Shown piece after piece: positions 13,789 through 26,183 of a stretch of 64,000 bases of DNA. Made by a program: the position numbers and the translations under genes. Where the stretch lies: positions 17,174,001 through 17,238,000 of the forward strand of contig OX597819.1 in NCBI GenBank assembly GCA_951406725.2, read 5' to 3'. The notes beneath the pieces were generated by a model that did no database searches, had not been told where the DNA came from, and worked only from the letters and a program-made list of their open reading frames with translations. Position 1 is the first letter of the stretch. Each line of letters opens with the position of its first letter. The DNA is from Octopus vulgaris. Lineage: Eukaryota.

Positions 13789-14020
13789 AGGTGGCGAGCT
13801 GGCAGAAACGTTAGCGTGCTGGACAAAATACTAAACGGTATTTCGTCTGCCGCTACGTTCTGAGTTCAAATTCCGCCTAGGTCGACTTTGCCTTTCATCC
13901 TTTCGGGGTCGATTAAATAAGTACTAGTTACGCACTGGGATCGATATAATCGACTTAATCCGTTTGTCTGTCCTTGTTTGTCCCCTCTGTGTTTAGCCCC
14001 TTGTGGGTAGTAAAGAAATA
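13789..14020 (+). mobile_element. SINE family A, full length
   Basis: Near-identical to the 29861 copy; TATATTGTCAC at 13767 and 14021. Confidence 0.93.
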
Positions 14021-14760
14021 TATATTGTCACGCATGGACAGTTGATATTCAAGGCGCAGATCTGCATGACTATGTGTGTATCTGTGTGTGTGTGTGTGTT
14101 TCTATAGAAGACCTTTATATGTCCTTCCTATCTTCACTGTATCAAATATTTAAGGAAAGCAAAGACCCGAAGCTCCAGATTGTCGTAGGAGAACTCAAAA
14201 TGTAGAGTTAGAACAAATAGCGCAAGGTATTTCGGTCGACGATCTAACAGTTCCTCCCGTTCTTCTTTCTAGACTGGTGTTTCATGACGGCAAAGTTATC
14301 TTCGGCGATATTTGAGGTTAGAATATAAAGCTCCGGAACAAATACCGCGAGGCAGTTTTAACCGACACTCTCACAAATCTGTTGGTTTAACGCCTTCTTT
14401 CCCATTTAGTTTCCTGGGTTCTGGGGGTACCCTCTGCGTTTTCCATTTCTTCACGTTATAGCGTGTCGGCTGCTCTCTCTCTATTTCGTCACATGATACA
14501 AAGGGTCATTTGGTAGTTCACTCAGTGCATTACAGCACGACCCAGTTCTTGTCTTGTGTGTTTTTTTCCTCGTCTCGCTCCATAACAATAACGTTAAACA
14601 TTGTCTTCAACCCCTCTTCTCAGTTTACTCTCACAATACTGTCCTTCCCTCACTCATTCCATTTCTATTTTCGCAGTTTTAAAAATGGTTTGTCTTCCCG
14701 CGTGCTCTTACTAATTTTTTTCGGTTTCTGAACACACAACCACACACACAACCACACACA

Positions 14761-14809
<49 letters not shown>

Positions 14810-15752
14810 ACGCACACACACACACACACACGCACACACACACACGCACACACACATGAAACGTACACCCACAACCATAGACACACCTACACGCCGACAC
14901 ACACCAACAGCATCATACGCACAAACACATATATAGACCTAGACACTCATATATAGACACATATAGACATAGACACATATAGACACATCCATACCTATAC
15001 ACACCCGGCTAGGCATAGATCCCATTCTACAAACTGACTAACTCGCCCATTATCACCATCACACCCGCCACCCCGACCATATCCAGATCCAATCCCTCAT
15101 CAACAACATGCTTCATGTGAAACTTAAACTAACATCAAAATAGATATAGCAGTTGCGGAATCTCTAAAAATGTTTCAGTTTTGTTTACAAATATATATCT
15201 TGGCAAAATCCGGTTTAGATCGACAACTACAGAGATGTGTGGTTTTGAAATTACCCATATATACATTGATTAGATATAAACATTAACACATTTGTCACGT
15301 GTCTAAACATTATTACACTTCTCACGTGCCTAAAGAGCAGCTTCATCGTAGTTCGCTTATATATTTTTAGTTTATGTATTTTTACCCCCAAAATGCAACA
15401 ATCAAAATGTTTTTTCTATCTGATTAACTGCCTCTCTAACTTATCTGCCTCCAATTTCCCTACCTCTCTTGCTCTCTAAATTTCCCTTCCTTTCCCCTTT
15501 TCACTTTCTGTGTGTGTATAATTATGTACACACACACACAAACGCATATATACCCACACATGCATATATATATGTATATATGTAAATATATAAATACACA
15601 ACCAGAGATATATTTCATCCGCCCATTCATTCATCTATCAATACATGCATTCATTTAAACATGCTCGCTTGCGAACACACACACACACACACACACGCAT
15701 GTATATGCGTGTGTGTGCCTCTCTATACGTCCATCCATCCACCTGTGCATCC

Positions 15753-15819
<67 letters not shown>

Positions 15820-16080
15820 AATCTATCTCCCCCACCACCGACACACACACACACACTTATATAAACAGAAAGATAGATTTAAGAAGTACACAACGCGCGC
15901 CTGCGTATTGGGGACGTCGGGCGTGTTTGGAAGAAAACTTAGCAATCCCTGAATGAAAGACGACCAAACAATGTTACGGGTCGTGCGTTAGATTTTAACT
16001 TTCTCATTTCTTTAAGTCATATCCACACCATCGACATGGCAGATTCCAATCTGACAGAAATATTCACAAATGGCTGTCGA

Positions 16081-16116
<36 letters not shown>

Positions 16117-16173
16117 AATAAATACATACACAATATGAGTGTGTGCTTGTGTGTGTACATTTGTGAGTAGGTA

Positions 16174-16206
<33 letters not shown>

Positions 16207-16602
16207 GTGTATGTGTGAGCGTGAATTGGCGCACGTGTATATGCGTACATGAGAGTAAGAATGTATGCGTGTGTATGGTATAACAGTTTAATATTATGCA
16301 CCTGGTTCCTGCGTTTATATCTTAAGGCTCCTAACCAAGTTTGATTGTTATACCTCGCATATCTGGCATGTTACAGCTGTTGTAATTTGAATGAGCCTTT
16401 CTTAAGTAGCACCGATCTAATGTGGGAGCTTCTGCTCAGTCACCGACCAAACATCGCAGTTGCTGAAGGTTTGTTTACCCGCGGTGTATTTTTTGGTTCA
16501 AATAGAAACAGTAAATAGCGAGCACGTCTCGGTAATATGTATTATGTCTTCGTTGATTGTTCCAGGTACTTCTGTCCGCAGTCACGATTAGACGGACACG
16601 CT

Positions 16603-17070
16603 CTCCTCTTCCTCCTCTTCCTCCTCGTCGTCTTCCTCCTCCTCCTCGTCGTCTTCATCCTCCTCCTCGTCGTCTTCCTCCTCCTCCTCGTCGTCTTCCT
16701 CCTCCTCCTCGTCGTCTTCCTCCTCCTGCTCGTCGTCTTCCTCCTCTTCCTCGTCGTCTTCATCCTCTTCCTCGTCGTCTTCATCGTCCTCCTCGTCGTC
16801 TTCATCCTCCTCCACTTCCTCCTCCTCCTCGTCGTCTTCCTCCTCCTCCTCGTGGTCTTCATACTCCTCCTCGTCGTCTTCATCCCCCTCCCCCCTTCAT
16901 TCTCCTCCTCCTCCCCCCCCCTCCTCCTCCTCGTCTTCCTCCTCCTCCTCCTCCTCCTCGTCGTCGCCTTCCTCCTCCTCCTCCTCCTCCTCCTCTTCGT
17001 CGTCGTCGCCTTCCTCTTCCTCCTCCTCGTCGTCGCCTTCCTCCTCCTTCTCCTCGTCTTCCTCCTCCTT
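16603..17070. repeat. Compound (CCT)n(CGT)2CTT minisatellite
   Basis: Repeating CTCCTCCTCGTCGTCTTC-type units. Confidence 0.9.
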
Positions 17071-17149
17071 TCTGGGTGTTGTGGATTCACAGCTGTAGAG
17101 AGAGAGAGAGAGAGGCCTGGTTTCCATAAAAACCAAATAGACTCGCTCG

Positions 17150-17390
17150 GTCAGGTCTGCCATGGCATTTAGGACGTATACGATCGGGGTTCAATCCGGT
17201 TTTCGTGGCGTATGAGTGACTGAAGTTGCAGCGACCTGGTCCGTCGCGGGGGGTCAACTATTTCCGGAACCTATTTGCAGCTGAATGGGGTGGAGGAGCA
17301 ACGTGAAATAAAAAAAACCATGATAGCTTGATCGCAAGTGCAGTGGGCCAACCACTGGGCCATACGCTTTCGCGAGCAGACTTGAGTTAA
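17150..17390 (-). mobile_element. SINE family D, diverged (other fragments at 23125-23290, 53150-53340, 63745-63865)
   Basis: Shared GAGCAACGTGAAAT(A/G)AAG motif followed by a reverse-complement tRNA-like head (GGGAATCGAACC; AACCACTGGGCCA). Confidence 0.6.
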
Positions 17391-17859
17391 GTTACACTGA
17401 AATACACTGCTGAAGAATATGACACTCTGTTCCTGGAAGTGAAGCCTATGATTCGTGATAGCGAGACAAACAACTATAACCAATAAAATGCACCTTCACA
17501 ATGACTTAAAATACAGAAAGTAATGAAGTAATTAGTGAATCAATGGTTTATACGTATCAATACTTATAACCAGAATATGAATTTCTATAGTTTAGCCTTT
17601 TAAATTGATATATAATTTGAAGTCGAAAACATTATTATGAATTAACGTTTTTATTCAATGTGACGTAGCAATTACCACTTCAAACAACAACAACAACAAC
17701 AACAACAACATAAAACAACATGGTACTCAATAATCATACCAACCAATAATAGTCAACACCGAGTCGATTGGTACAAATCGAACTGTGAGAGGAAAAATCA
17801 CTAATTGTCAAGAGTATAATAGTCTGGATTAATAACTTCATCTTTGGGGCGTACGTTTT

Positions 17860-18080
17860 CAATATTTATATCTACATTAACCTCATCTATAGTGTGTATA
17901 TTTGCAATATTTATATCTACGCTATTAAATATCTATAAACTAAATATTTACAAAATTTATATCTGCACAGTTAACCACATCTATAGAGTGTATATTTACT
18001 ATATTTATATACACACTATTAGCCACATCTATAAAGTAAATATTTACAATATTTAATTCCTACAATATTAACCGCCTCTT
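17860..18080. repeat. Diverged ~48-bp minisatellite (further blocks at 22040-22445 and 25310-25445)
   Basis: Unit approximately CAATATTTATATCTACACTATTAACCACATCTATAGAGTGTATATTTA. Confidence 0.75.
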
Positions 18081-18415
18081 TGCAGTTTATAACTTAGTAA
18101 ATAAAGTGAATGTCTGTCTGTCTGTATGTATGTATGTATGTTTGTTCGTTTAAACTATTAGGCCACGGTTGTATTTGCTGATGCTACAACTTTTGCCAAA
18201 ATGTATTCTTTCTGACTGTTCACAGAAAGACTCTGAATATTGTTTGCCCGCAAGCACTACGATTATAATGGAAAATTTTCTCATTAGAAAAATCATCTAT
18301 TTTTATAGTAATTATATAAATTTGTATAATATTTTGGAAAGGGACAACATATTTCTCTTGGAAATAAATGTGTCAGAGCGGTTCACCTTCCTTTCAATAT
18401 TTGTTTTATTTCATA

Positions 18416-18963
18416 CTAGCAGTATCGCCCGGCGTTGCTCGGGTTTGTAAGGGAAATAACTATATAAGCATTTTTAGAGAGTTATAGCAAAAACATGCAT
18501 GAAAAATGGAATAAAAAATGATGGTAATTTTTTTTTAAATCGTTGACTCAGTGTCTTCAAGCCATGAAGTCGTTGTTCTAAAAGAACGCTGGTCTCCTTG
18601 ACAACGCTTTACGACGTTGATTTCCTTACACTCCCTTCCCCACAGCTTCACGAGGGAGGGAAGAAGGGGGAGAAGCAACACAGGTGCAGGTGTGAGCATG
18701 GACGCCAACTCCGCCGCCATCGACTCACGAAAAAATTGGAAGAACCCCCCAAAATATGCTTTAAAATGGAAAAAATTATGGTAAATTATTTTTAAAATCG
18801 TAGACTCATCGTAGACGCGCGCTAATACCCAGAAGGGCTCGATATGAATCACGACTATAAGATACCCGGTTTTGGTTAAACTGCACCGCAAAATGTGGGA
18901 GTAGTTAGGAATCTAAATCGTAGGAGACAGACACTCACACAACTTCACTTTTATATATATAGA
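18416..18963 (-). mobile_element. Complete non-autonomous Helitron
   Basis: Minus strand A|TCTATATATATAAAAGTGAAG ... CCCGAGCAACGCCGGG (hairpin) CGATACTG-CTAG|T; inserted between A and T, no TSD. Confidence 0.88.
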
Positions 18964-18995
18964 TTTGGTGGCGGTTGGTTGTGGTACTGTTGTTG

Positions 18996-19027
<32 letters not shown>

Positions 19028-19219
19028 GGAATATTTATGAAGCACAACATCACCCACCTTTTGGATGGCTTTTTATGTAACAGATCTAAAGCGAATCAAC
19101 ATTCCTGGACAAACCGAATATTGTTAGCACTTTTTTTAAAAGTAAATTACCCTGCCATTCTGTTTGTCTTCTGTATCGAACGCGGGCAACGCTTGATACA
19201 TCTGTTTGTTTAAGATATA

Positions 19220-19772
19220 GGAGTGGCTGTGTGGTAAGTGTAGCATGCAAGCTGGGTATATCTGGCACCAGGTAAATGTGGCCGGATTAAGAAGTAAAGG
19301 TTCTACCCAGATGGCTGGGATCCGTGCCCTACTGTATAATACCAAATTTTAAAAACTTTATATTGTAAATATTATATATATTTTATTGTAATCACCAACG
19401 TTTTAAGCTACTACACCCTATATGTTTGTCTGTATTTGTATGTCCCCTCTATGTAACGCTTTAATGGCGAATCTTTCATGAAATAAAGTAGATTAGAGAA
19501 GTAAAAAATCGGCGGGCGTTTTTTGTCTTCTCACATCAATATCATCCTTTTTCCTCATTCATCTCATCAATGTTTCTGTCCAGCAACCCAAGCTACTCTG
19601 TGTCATGCCTTTATGGCAAAATTTTGAAATAAAGTAGCTTGCTCACCAACCACATGGTTCCAGGTTCAGTCCCACTGCGTGGCACCTTGGGCAAATGTCT
19701 TCTACTATAGTCTCGGGCCGACCATAGCCTTGTGAGTGGATATGGTAGACAGAAACTGAAAGAAGCCCATAC
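19220..19772 (+). mobile_element. SINE family B head split by a ~390-bp insertion
   Basis: GGAGTGGCTGTGTGGTAAGT at 19220 resumes as AGCTTGCTCACCAACCACATGG at ~19636. Confidence 0.75.
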
Positions 19773-19842
19773 TGTGTGTGTGTTGATTCGCTAGCCTCTG
19801 CAAGCATTTTTTTCTCTCCTTTCTGTGTTTCTTCTCTGTGTA

Positions 19843-19880
19843 TCTTTCTGTTGAAGAGCGTAGGCTCGAAACGTTAAAGA
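19843..19880 (+). ncRNA. Minimal type-I hammerhead-ribozyme-like motif (variant core) in a PLE-derived terminus (19790-20010)
   Basis: TCTTT-CTGTTGA-A-GAGC(GTAG)GCTC-GAAAC-GTT-AAAGA: stem I TCTTT/AAAGA, stem II GAGC/GCTC, palindromic ACGT stem III. Confidence 0.7.
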
Positions 19881-20029
19881 CTTGTTTTATTTATATTTCC
19901 TGAGCGCCATACTAATACAATTGTTTGTTTGTATTCCACCTGCCTTCGTCTTTTGTTTATTTCCGTAAACCTGCCTTCGTCTTTTGTCTATTTTCATAAA
20001 GCTTCCCGTTATATATATATATATATATA

Positions 20030-20507
20030 TATATAAGAAAAAAGGTTTGAAAATGCAATTTAAACGATGTTTATTTACTTAACCGGTTTCACTCTTTGGT
20101 AAAAGATTGTCAAAAGTAACATTAAAAGTATCATTGAATAATATGGGTTCAAAAAAGTTTTTTACATAATTGTCACATTGAATATTATGCATTCAAAAAA
20201 GTTTTTTACGTGTGTTTATATATATTATATGTATGCGTACGTGTATGTGTATGCATTGTATGTATGTATATTGTGTGTATATGTGGTATATCTATGTATG
20301 TGTATCTATTTATATGTATACATGTATATATGTATATGCATTGTCTATATATATATATATTATATGTATGTATTGCGTACGTATATTGCATGCATATATT
20401 GTGTATGTGTATTATATACATGCTGTATTTGTATATTGTATGTGTATATATATGCTAGGTGTATTTGTGTGATATTTATATTATGTATGGATGTGTGCGT
20501 GTGTTGT

Positions 20508-20541
<34 letters not shown>

Positions 20542-21373
20542 TGTGTGTGTATGTGTTATATATATATATGTGTGTGTATATTATATATAAATACATGTTA
20601 TATTTGTGTGTTGTGTGTATATATTATATATGTGGGTGCGTTGTGTGTGTGTGTGTGTGTTCTGTGTGTGTGTGTGTGTGTGTTGTGTGTATGTGGTGTG
20701 TGTTTGTATACTATGTGTGTGTGTGTGTGTGTGTGTGTTGTTGTGTGTGTGTGTGTGTGTGTATATATGTGTGTGACAAACAGACGCTGCTTGACCAGCA
20801 GGCATACTAACCTCCTGATAACCCCAAAACCATTGATGCTTGAAGGGGAGTATACACCACACTGGGTACAACCTTTTTTCTCTCAATTCAACCTTTCTGC
20901 TAAAACAAACAGGTTAGTAACAACACATTCTCGCCTTCAACTTAAAATATTCTGAGATGTATAAAAAATCCATTTTAATTTTTGCTGTCAAAATATTGTA
21001 TATATATACCAAAGACTGTATATATATACATGTAATGTGACAATTTGCGACAACCAATAATTAACGCAACCAAATTTCCAATAATATATTTGTTTTATCC
21101 TTTTCTGCCAATTTTTCCAAATATTCTCATCACACTATTGAACTTCTCTGTTACCAAACACTATATTTATACATGTAATGTGACAATTTTGTATAAAAAA
21201 ACATTTTTGAATTCATAATATTCAATGTGACAATTATGTAAAAAACTTTTTTGAACCCATATTATTCAATGATACTTTTAATGTTACTTTTGACAATCTT
21301 TTACCAAAGAGTGAAACCGGTTAAGTAAATAAACATCGTTTAAATTGCATTTTCAAACCTTTTTTCTTATATA
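20030..21373 (+). mobile_element. Penelope-like element remnant: inverted partial LTR (20030-20209), degraded GIY-YIG tail (~20770-20990) and 3' repeat (21193-21373)
   Basis: ~180-bp near-perfect inverted repeat; frameshifted (G)QT.RCLTSRH motif; hammerhead-like motif in both arms. Confidence 0.7.
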
Positions 21374-21403
21374 ATCCCACTCGTGCGATACCCCACAACT
21401 CAA

Positions 21404-21443
<40 letters not shown>

Positions 21444-21683
21444 CACTTTAATTCAAAGAGAGTTACAGGTTGTGAATCCAACCAACTAAGGGATAGCATC
21501 TATCCCATATACTACTGGTAGAATATCCAATTAATACACAAGTGTTGAAATTACTGGTACTTTACACATGTATGTATATATGTTATCAGGACTGTTTTAA
21601 ATAAATAAATAGACCTAATATAGTGTCTAACAGCCGATGAATACTCCCTCCGGATTCCCTCCATTTTCTTCTTGCCATATATA

Positions 21684-21789
<106 letters not shown>

Positions 21790-21799
21790 TGTGTGTGTA

Positions 21800-22010
21800 T
21801 ATGTTTGTGTGTCTGTGTTTGTCACCCCAACATCTCTTGACAACCGACGCCGGTGTGTTTACGTCCCCGTAACTTAGCGGTTCGGCAAGGGACGCCGCCG
21901 ATAGAATAAGTACAAGGCTTACAAAAAAATAAATCATGGGGTCGATTTGCTCGACTAAAGGCGGTGCTCCAGCATGGCCGTAGTCAAATGACTGAAACAA
22001 GTAAAGAAAA
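21800..22010 (+). mobile_element. SINE family B, 3' half
   Basis: TTGACAACCGACGCCGGTGTGTTTACGTCCCCGTAACTTAGCGG...GGTGCTCCAGCATGGCCGTAGTCAAATGACTGAAACAAG. Confidence 0.85.
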
Positions 22011-22611
22011 AAAAAAAAAAAAAAGAATACCCAAACTACTCACTCATATTTCACTCTATGTTTATAGTATTTTTATGTAAAGTATTAACATTAACGTATT
22101 TTTATATCTGCTCTATTAATCACATCTATAGGCTATAGTTACAATATTTACGGCTTCAATATTAACCGCATGTGTATAAGATACCTATTGGGTGCATAAG
22201 TTTACGCTATGTACGTATACATATGTGGCTAATCGCTACAATATTAACGATATCTATACAGTGTAGATCTATTTACGATGTTTATATATCTGCACTATTA
22301 GCGTAAACTGTAGGGTATATGATTATAGCTAAAAATATTCGTCTCTTCTTCAGAGAGTTTATTTTTACCGTGTTGTTATATACACTATTAATCATATCCT
22401 TACAGAATAATATTGAGAGCTGCACTATTAATCTCATCTGTAGATTACACACACACACACATCTATCTATTTATCTACCTATCTCTATCTATTCGTTTAT
22501 ATATACACAGTGGACTCTCCCGTCGTTAGACGACGCATGAGGGTTCATCAATTTCTTATCGAACATCCACACGTTTGATTTGTTTATAGTGATCAATGTT
22601 TGTGTTCACAT

Positions 22612-22849
22612 AGGCGCAGGAGTGGCTGTGTGGTAAGTAGATTGTCTACCAACCACATGGTTCCAGGTTCAGTCCCACTACGTGGCACCTTGGGTAAGTG
22701 TCTTCTACTATAGCCTCGGGCCGACCAAAGCCTTGTGAGTGGATTTGGTAGACGAAACTGAAAGAAGCCCGTCGTATATATGATATACGACGGGCTTCTT
22801 TCGTTTCCGTCTCAAGCCTACCAAATCCACTCACAAGCTATATGTATAC

Positions 22850-22902
<53 letters not shown>

Positions 22903-23120
22903 TGTGTGTGTTTGTGTGTCTGTGTTTGTCCCCTAGCATTGCTTGACAACCGATGCTGGTGTGTTTATGTCCCCGTTACTTAGCGATTCGGCAAAAAGAA
23001 TAGAATAAGTACTGGGCTTACAAAAGAATAAGTCCCGGTGTCGAGTTGCTCGATTAAAGGCGGTGCTCCAGCATGGCCGCAGTCAAATAACTGAAACAAG
23101 TAAAAGAGTAAAGAGAGTAA
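22612..23120 (+). mobile_element. SINE family B, full length, with internal foldback duplication
   Basis: AGGCGCAGGAGTGGCTGTGTGGTAAG head, GGTTCAGTCCC B-box, internal microsatellite, (GTAAAAGA)n tail; inverted copy at ~22783-22838. Confidence 0.9.
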
Positions 23121-23658
23121 GAGTATAACCTCACTTCCTCCATCGGATCGACATTACCTGTATAGGTGCAAGTGGGTGCCACATGTCAGATGTCGAAATG
23201 ATCACAGAGCAACGTGAAATGAAGTGCTGGGAATCGAACCCACGGTCTCACAATCGTGAGTGCAACACCTTAACTACTAAACCGTGCGCTTTCACATATC
23301 TACCTACCTTCCTTCCTACCTACCTACCTACCTACCTACCTACCTACCTACATACATACATACATACATACGTACATACATACCTACATACATACATGCA
23401 TGCATACATACATACATACATACATACATACATACATACATACATACATACATGCATGCATTCATAATACATACATACATACATACATACATACACACAC
23501 TCACATATATATACAGATAGATAGTGATAGATATACACACACGCTCATACACACACACACAAACGCTCATACACACACACACAAACGCTCATACACACAC
23601 AAATATATATCTACCATAAAAAGGTCAGCAGGTATAAGAAGAGAATATATTTATTTAA

Positions 23659-24000
23659 CCACTTGTTGTCCTTAGGATTACAGCTGTTCCGGAGCCTTCA
23701 TCGTGTAATGATGATTTCAGCATATAATAAATAATTTTACATGACTTCATTAATATACATGCTAAGCAGTGTACAAAGCAATGTAGGTAAAAAAAGCTAG
23801 CTCATTAAATCACCAGAACATGATGGTTACACTAATGCGTAAGACTTCTTTATCTGCATCGATTTATAAATATGCGTGTGTAATTTACAACGTATAGCAT
23901 GCATGTTAGTGCAGTCGCGTAAAATAATTTATTATACTCTGAAATCATTATTACATGATGAAGGCTGCGAAACGGAAGTACTCCTAGGGACAACAAGTGG
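23659..24000. mobile_element. piggyBac-like MITE (342 bp)
   Basis: TTAA|CCACTTGTTGTCC ... GGACAACAAGTGG|TTAA; imperfect TIRs of about 110 bp. Confidence 0.85.
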
Positions 24001-24832
24001 TTAAATATTTTCACTTCTCATACCACTTGACGCTTTATGGCTTATATATTTCTCATGAAATAATTTCATCGATTGTACCTTCTGGATATATCAGGTGCAT
24101 AGAGCTCTGCATTATGCTCCTCCTTATTGGAGTACTATGTCGTCTGATAGCAGGGTCCACTAGAGGAGCTTTCTGTGATAGTCACATGATTTTATGAATG
24201 CATATATTGCACAATAAAGATTTTGAAGTTAGTAAGCGTTTATTATCAGCAATAAATCGATCATTATCCCTTACAGTTGTTTCAATTATACACTGTGAAA
24301 TTAAATATTAAATTCATATTTCTGAGCATAATCTCTTCAGAAGGGAAAATATACCCTTGGATGTTTTGTATGTTTGTTTGTAGGTTCATCACAGGAAACT
24401 CAAATTCATCACAGCAGACACAATCACATGTTGTAGATTTGATAATTGCAGAGAATTCCTGGCATGAAACCAATGGTTGCCTTGTTAACCCATAAATAAA
24501 GATAATTTGTCCACCAATGCAGTGTTGAGCACCTATTCTCACTGTTCGACATTAGGGCATATTATTTATTTATATGTTTATTTTTTTATGTTTGTAGCAG
24601 TCTCTTTCTGCTCTGAATATCGTCTTTACGCGCACAGGATGTTCGGCCAAGTTACAAGTCATAACTTATCAGAAAATCTTGTGCACTCATAGGTTAAACA
24701 TAGAGTTGCATAGGATGGACACGACCTAATTAAAAATATTATTACTCTCTACTATGTCATCGGGTAGTCTTTCTTCCAACAATCTCTACTAAACGTGTGT
24801 GAGTTTGTGTGCATACGCACATATACATACAA

Positions 24833-25302
24833 GTACACAATCATGCGCAAGGCCCAGCTGAGATGGGCGGGCCACGTCTCCCGCATGTCCGACACTCGCA
24901 TCCCAAAACAGCTCTTCTACGGTGAACTCAGCCAGGGCAAACGCAAAGTCGGAGGGCAGAAGAAGCGCTTCAAGGACAGTCTCAAGGTCTCTCTCAAAGA
25001 CTTCTCCATCGGCACAGAGACCTGGGAGACACTTGCTGCCGACCGCTCATCCTGGTGCAGCGCAATCACCACAGGAGCAGGGACAGCCGAGGAGGGACGG
25101 ATTCGGTCAGCAGAGCAGAAACGCCAGATGCGGAAAGCCAGAGCCGCCTGCACCAGTAGCACGGCCCCTACCCACTTCTGCCCCACCTGTGGGAGGGGCT
25201 TCCTTGCCCGCATTGGCCTCACCAGCCACCTCCGGTCTCATAGCGGCAGTTCCACCAGATGATGTCAGTGGTCATCTTCGAACCCGAAGGACGAACATTA
25301 TT
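24833..25302 (+). mobile_element. 5'-truncated RTE-clade LINE 3' end with intact ORF tail and C2H2 zinc finger
   Basis: QLRWAGHVSRMSDTRIPKQLFYGELSQGKRKVGGQKKRFKDSLK...CPTCGRGFLARIGLTSHLRSH; short 3' UTR. Confidence 0.93.
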
Positions 25303-25731
25303 TAAAGGTGCAGTAATATAGAATACGTATAGTTACAATATTTCTATATTATCAAACATATCTATAGAGTGCACATTTACAAACTTATTTCTACCAAATT
25401 ATCATTATATTTAAGTGTTTTTTAAAAATATTTATATCTACAATAAGTTCTGGGATGTGTTAAGACACCAAAGACAATCAGTGGTCAATTGGATCAGGGC
25501 GTTAATTAGGTGTAAAGTTAAAGTTTATAATACACAAACTTATCATCATTTATGCAATAATGAATCTGGGATTTGACAAAGTTGGCTTATTTATTATTGT
25601 GTGTGAAAAACCATGGCGTTGTTGGGGCCCTAAACATTAGACGGACTTATAGAAACTTTGTGTGACCTACGGCGTGAATTAGGCTTGAGTATTTTAAACC
25701 TGACTCAGCCAATCATTAATCTTCAGGTCTG

Positions 25732-25811
<80 letters not shown>

Positions 25812-26183
25812 GAGAGAGAGGGAAGAAGGGAGAGAAAGAGGAGGAGGGAGGGAGGGCGGGAAATGTAGGATTTGAACTTGGAATACTTAAAAGCCAGAAA
25901 GGATACCGCAAGGCATTTTATCCGCCGCCCTAACGGCTCTGTCAAATGACAGCTATCGAAGAAGGCTACAGTATAGCGTTTTGGCAATAACGATCAATTG
26001 TTTTTGTTTCGTTGTTTACTTCTATGGAAAATTCCGCCAAAGATGTTCCAAATGTGACAATTCTTTACTGAAATGGTCGGCTGATATGAGTGAGATTTGA
26101 CAACTATTTCTAGCAGACTAGATCACCGTATGGAATGTTGGTTTCAATGAGTTGATACAATAATAGTCAGGTACGTTATGTAG

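Noticed and set aside
16537-17172. Leu/Val-rich, Arg-rich and acidic ORFs
   Set aside because: All are translations of one stop-free minisatellite
17860-18080. CRISPR-like periodicity
   Set aside because: Contiguous diverged tandem units without unique spacers; eukaryotic context, no cas genes
21628-21665. CCGATGA followed by a weak stem
   Set aside because: No GAAA or stem III downstream, so it cannot be called a hammerhead
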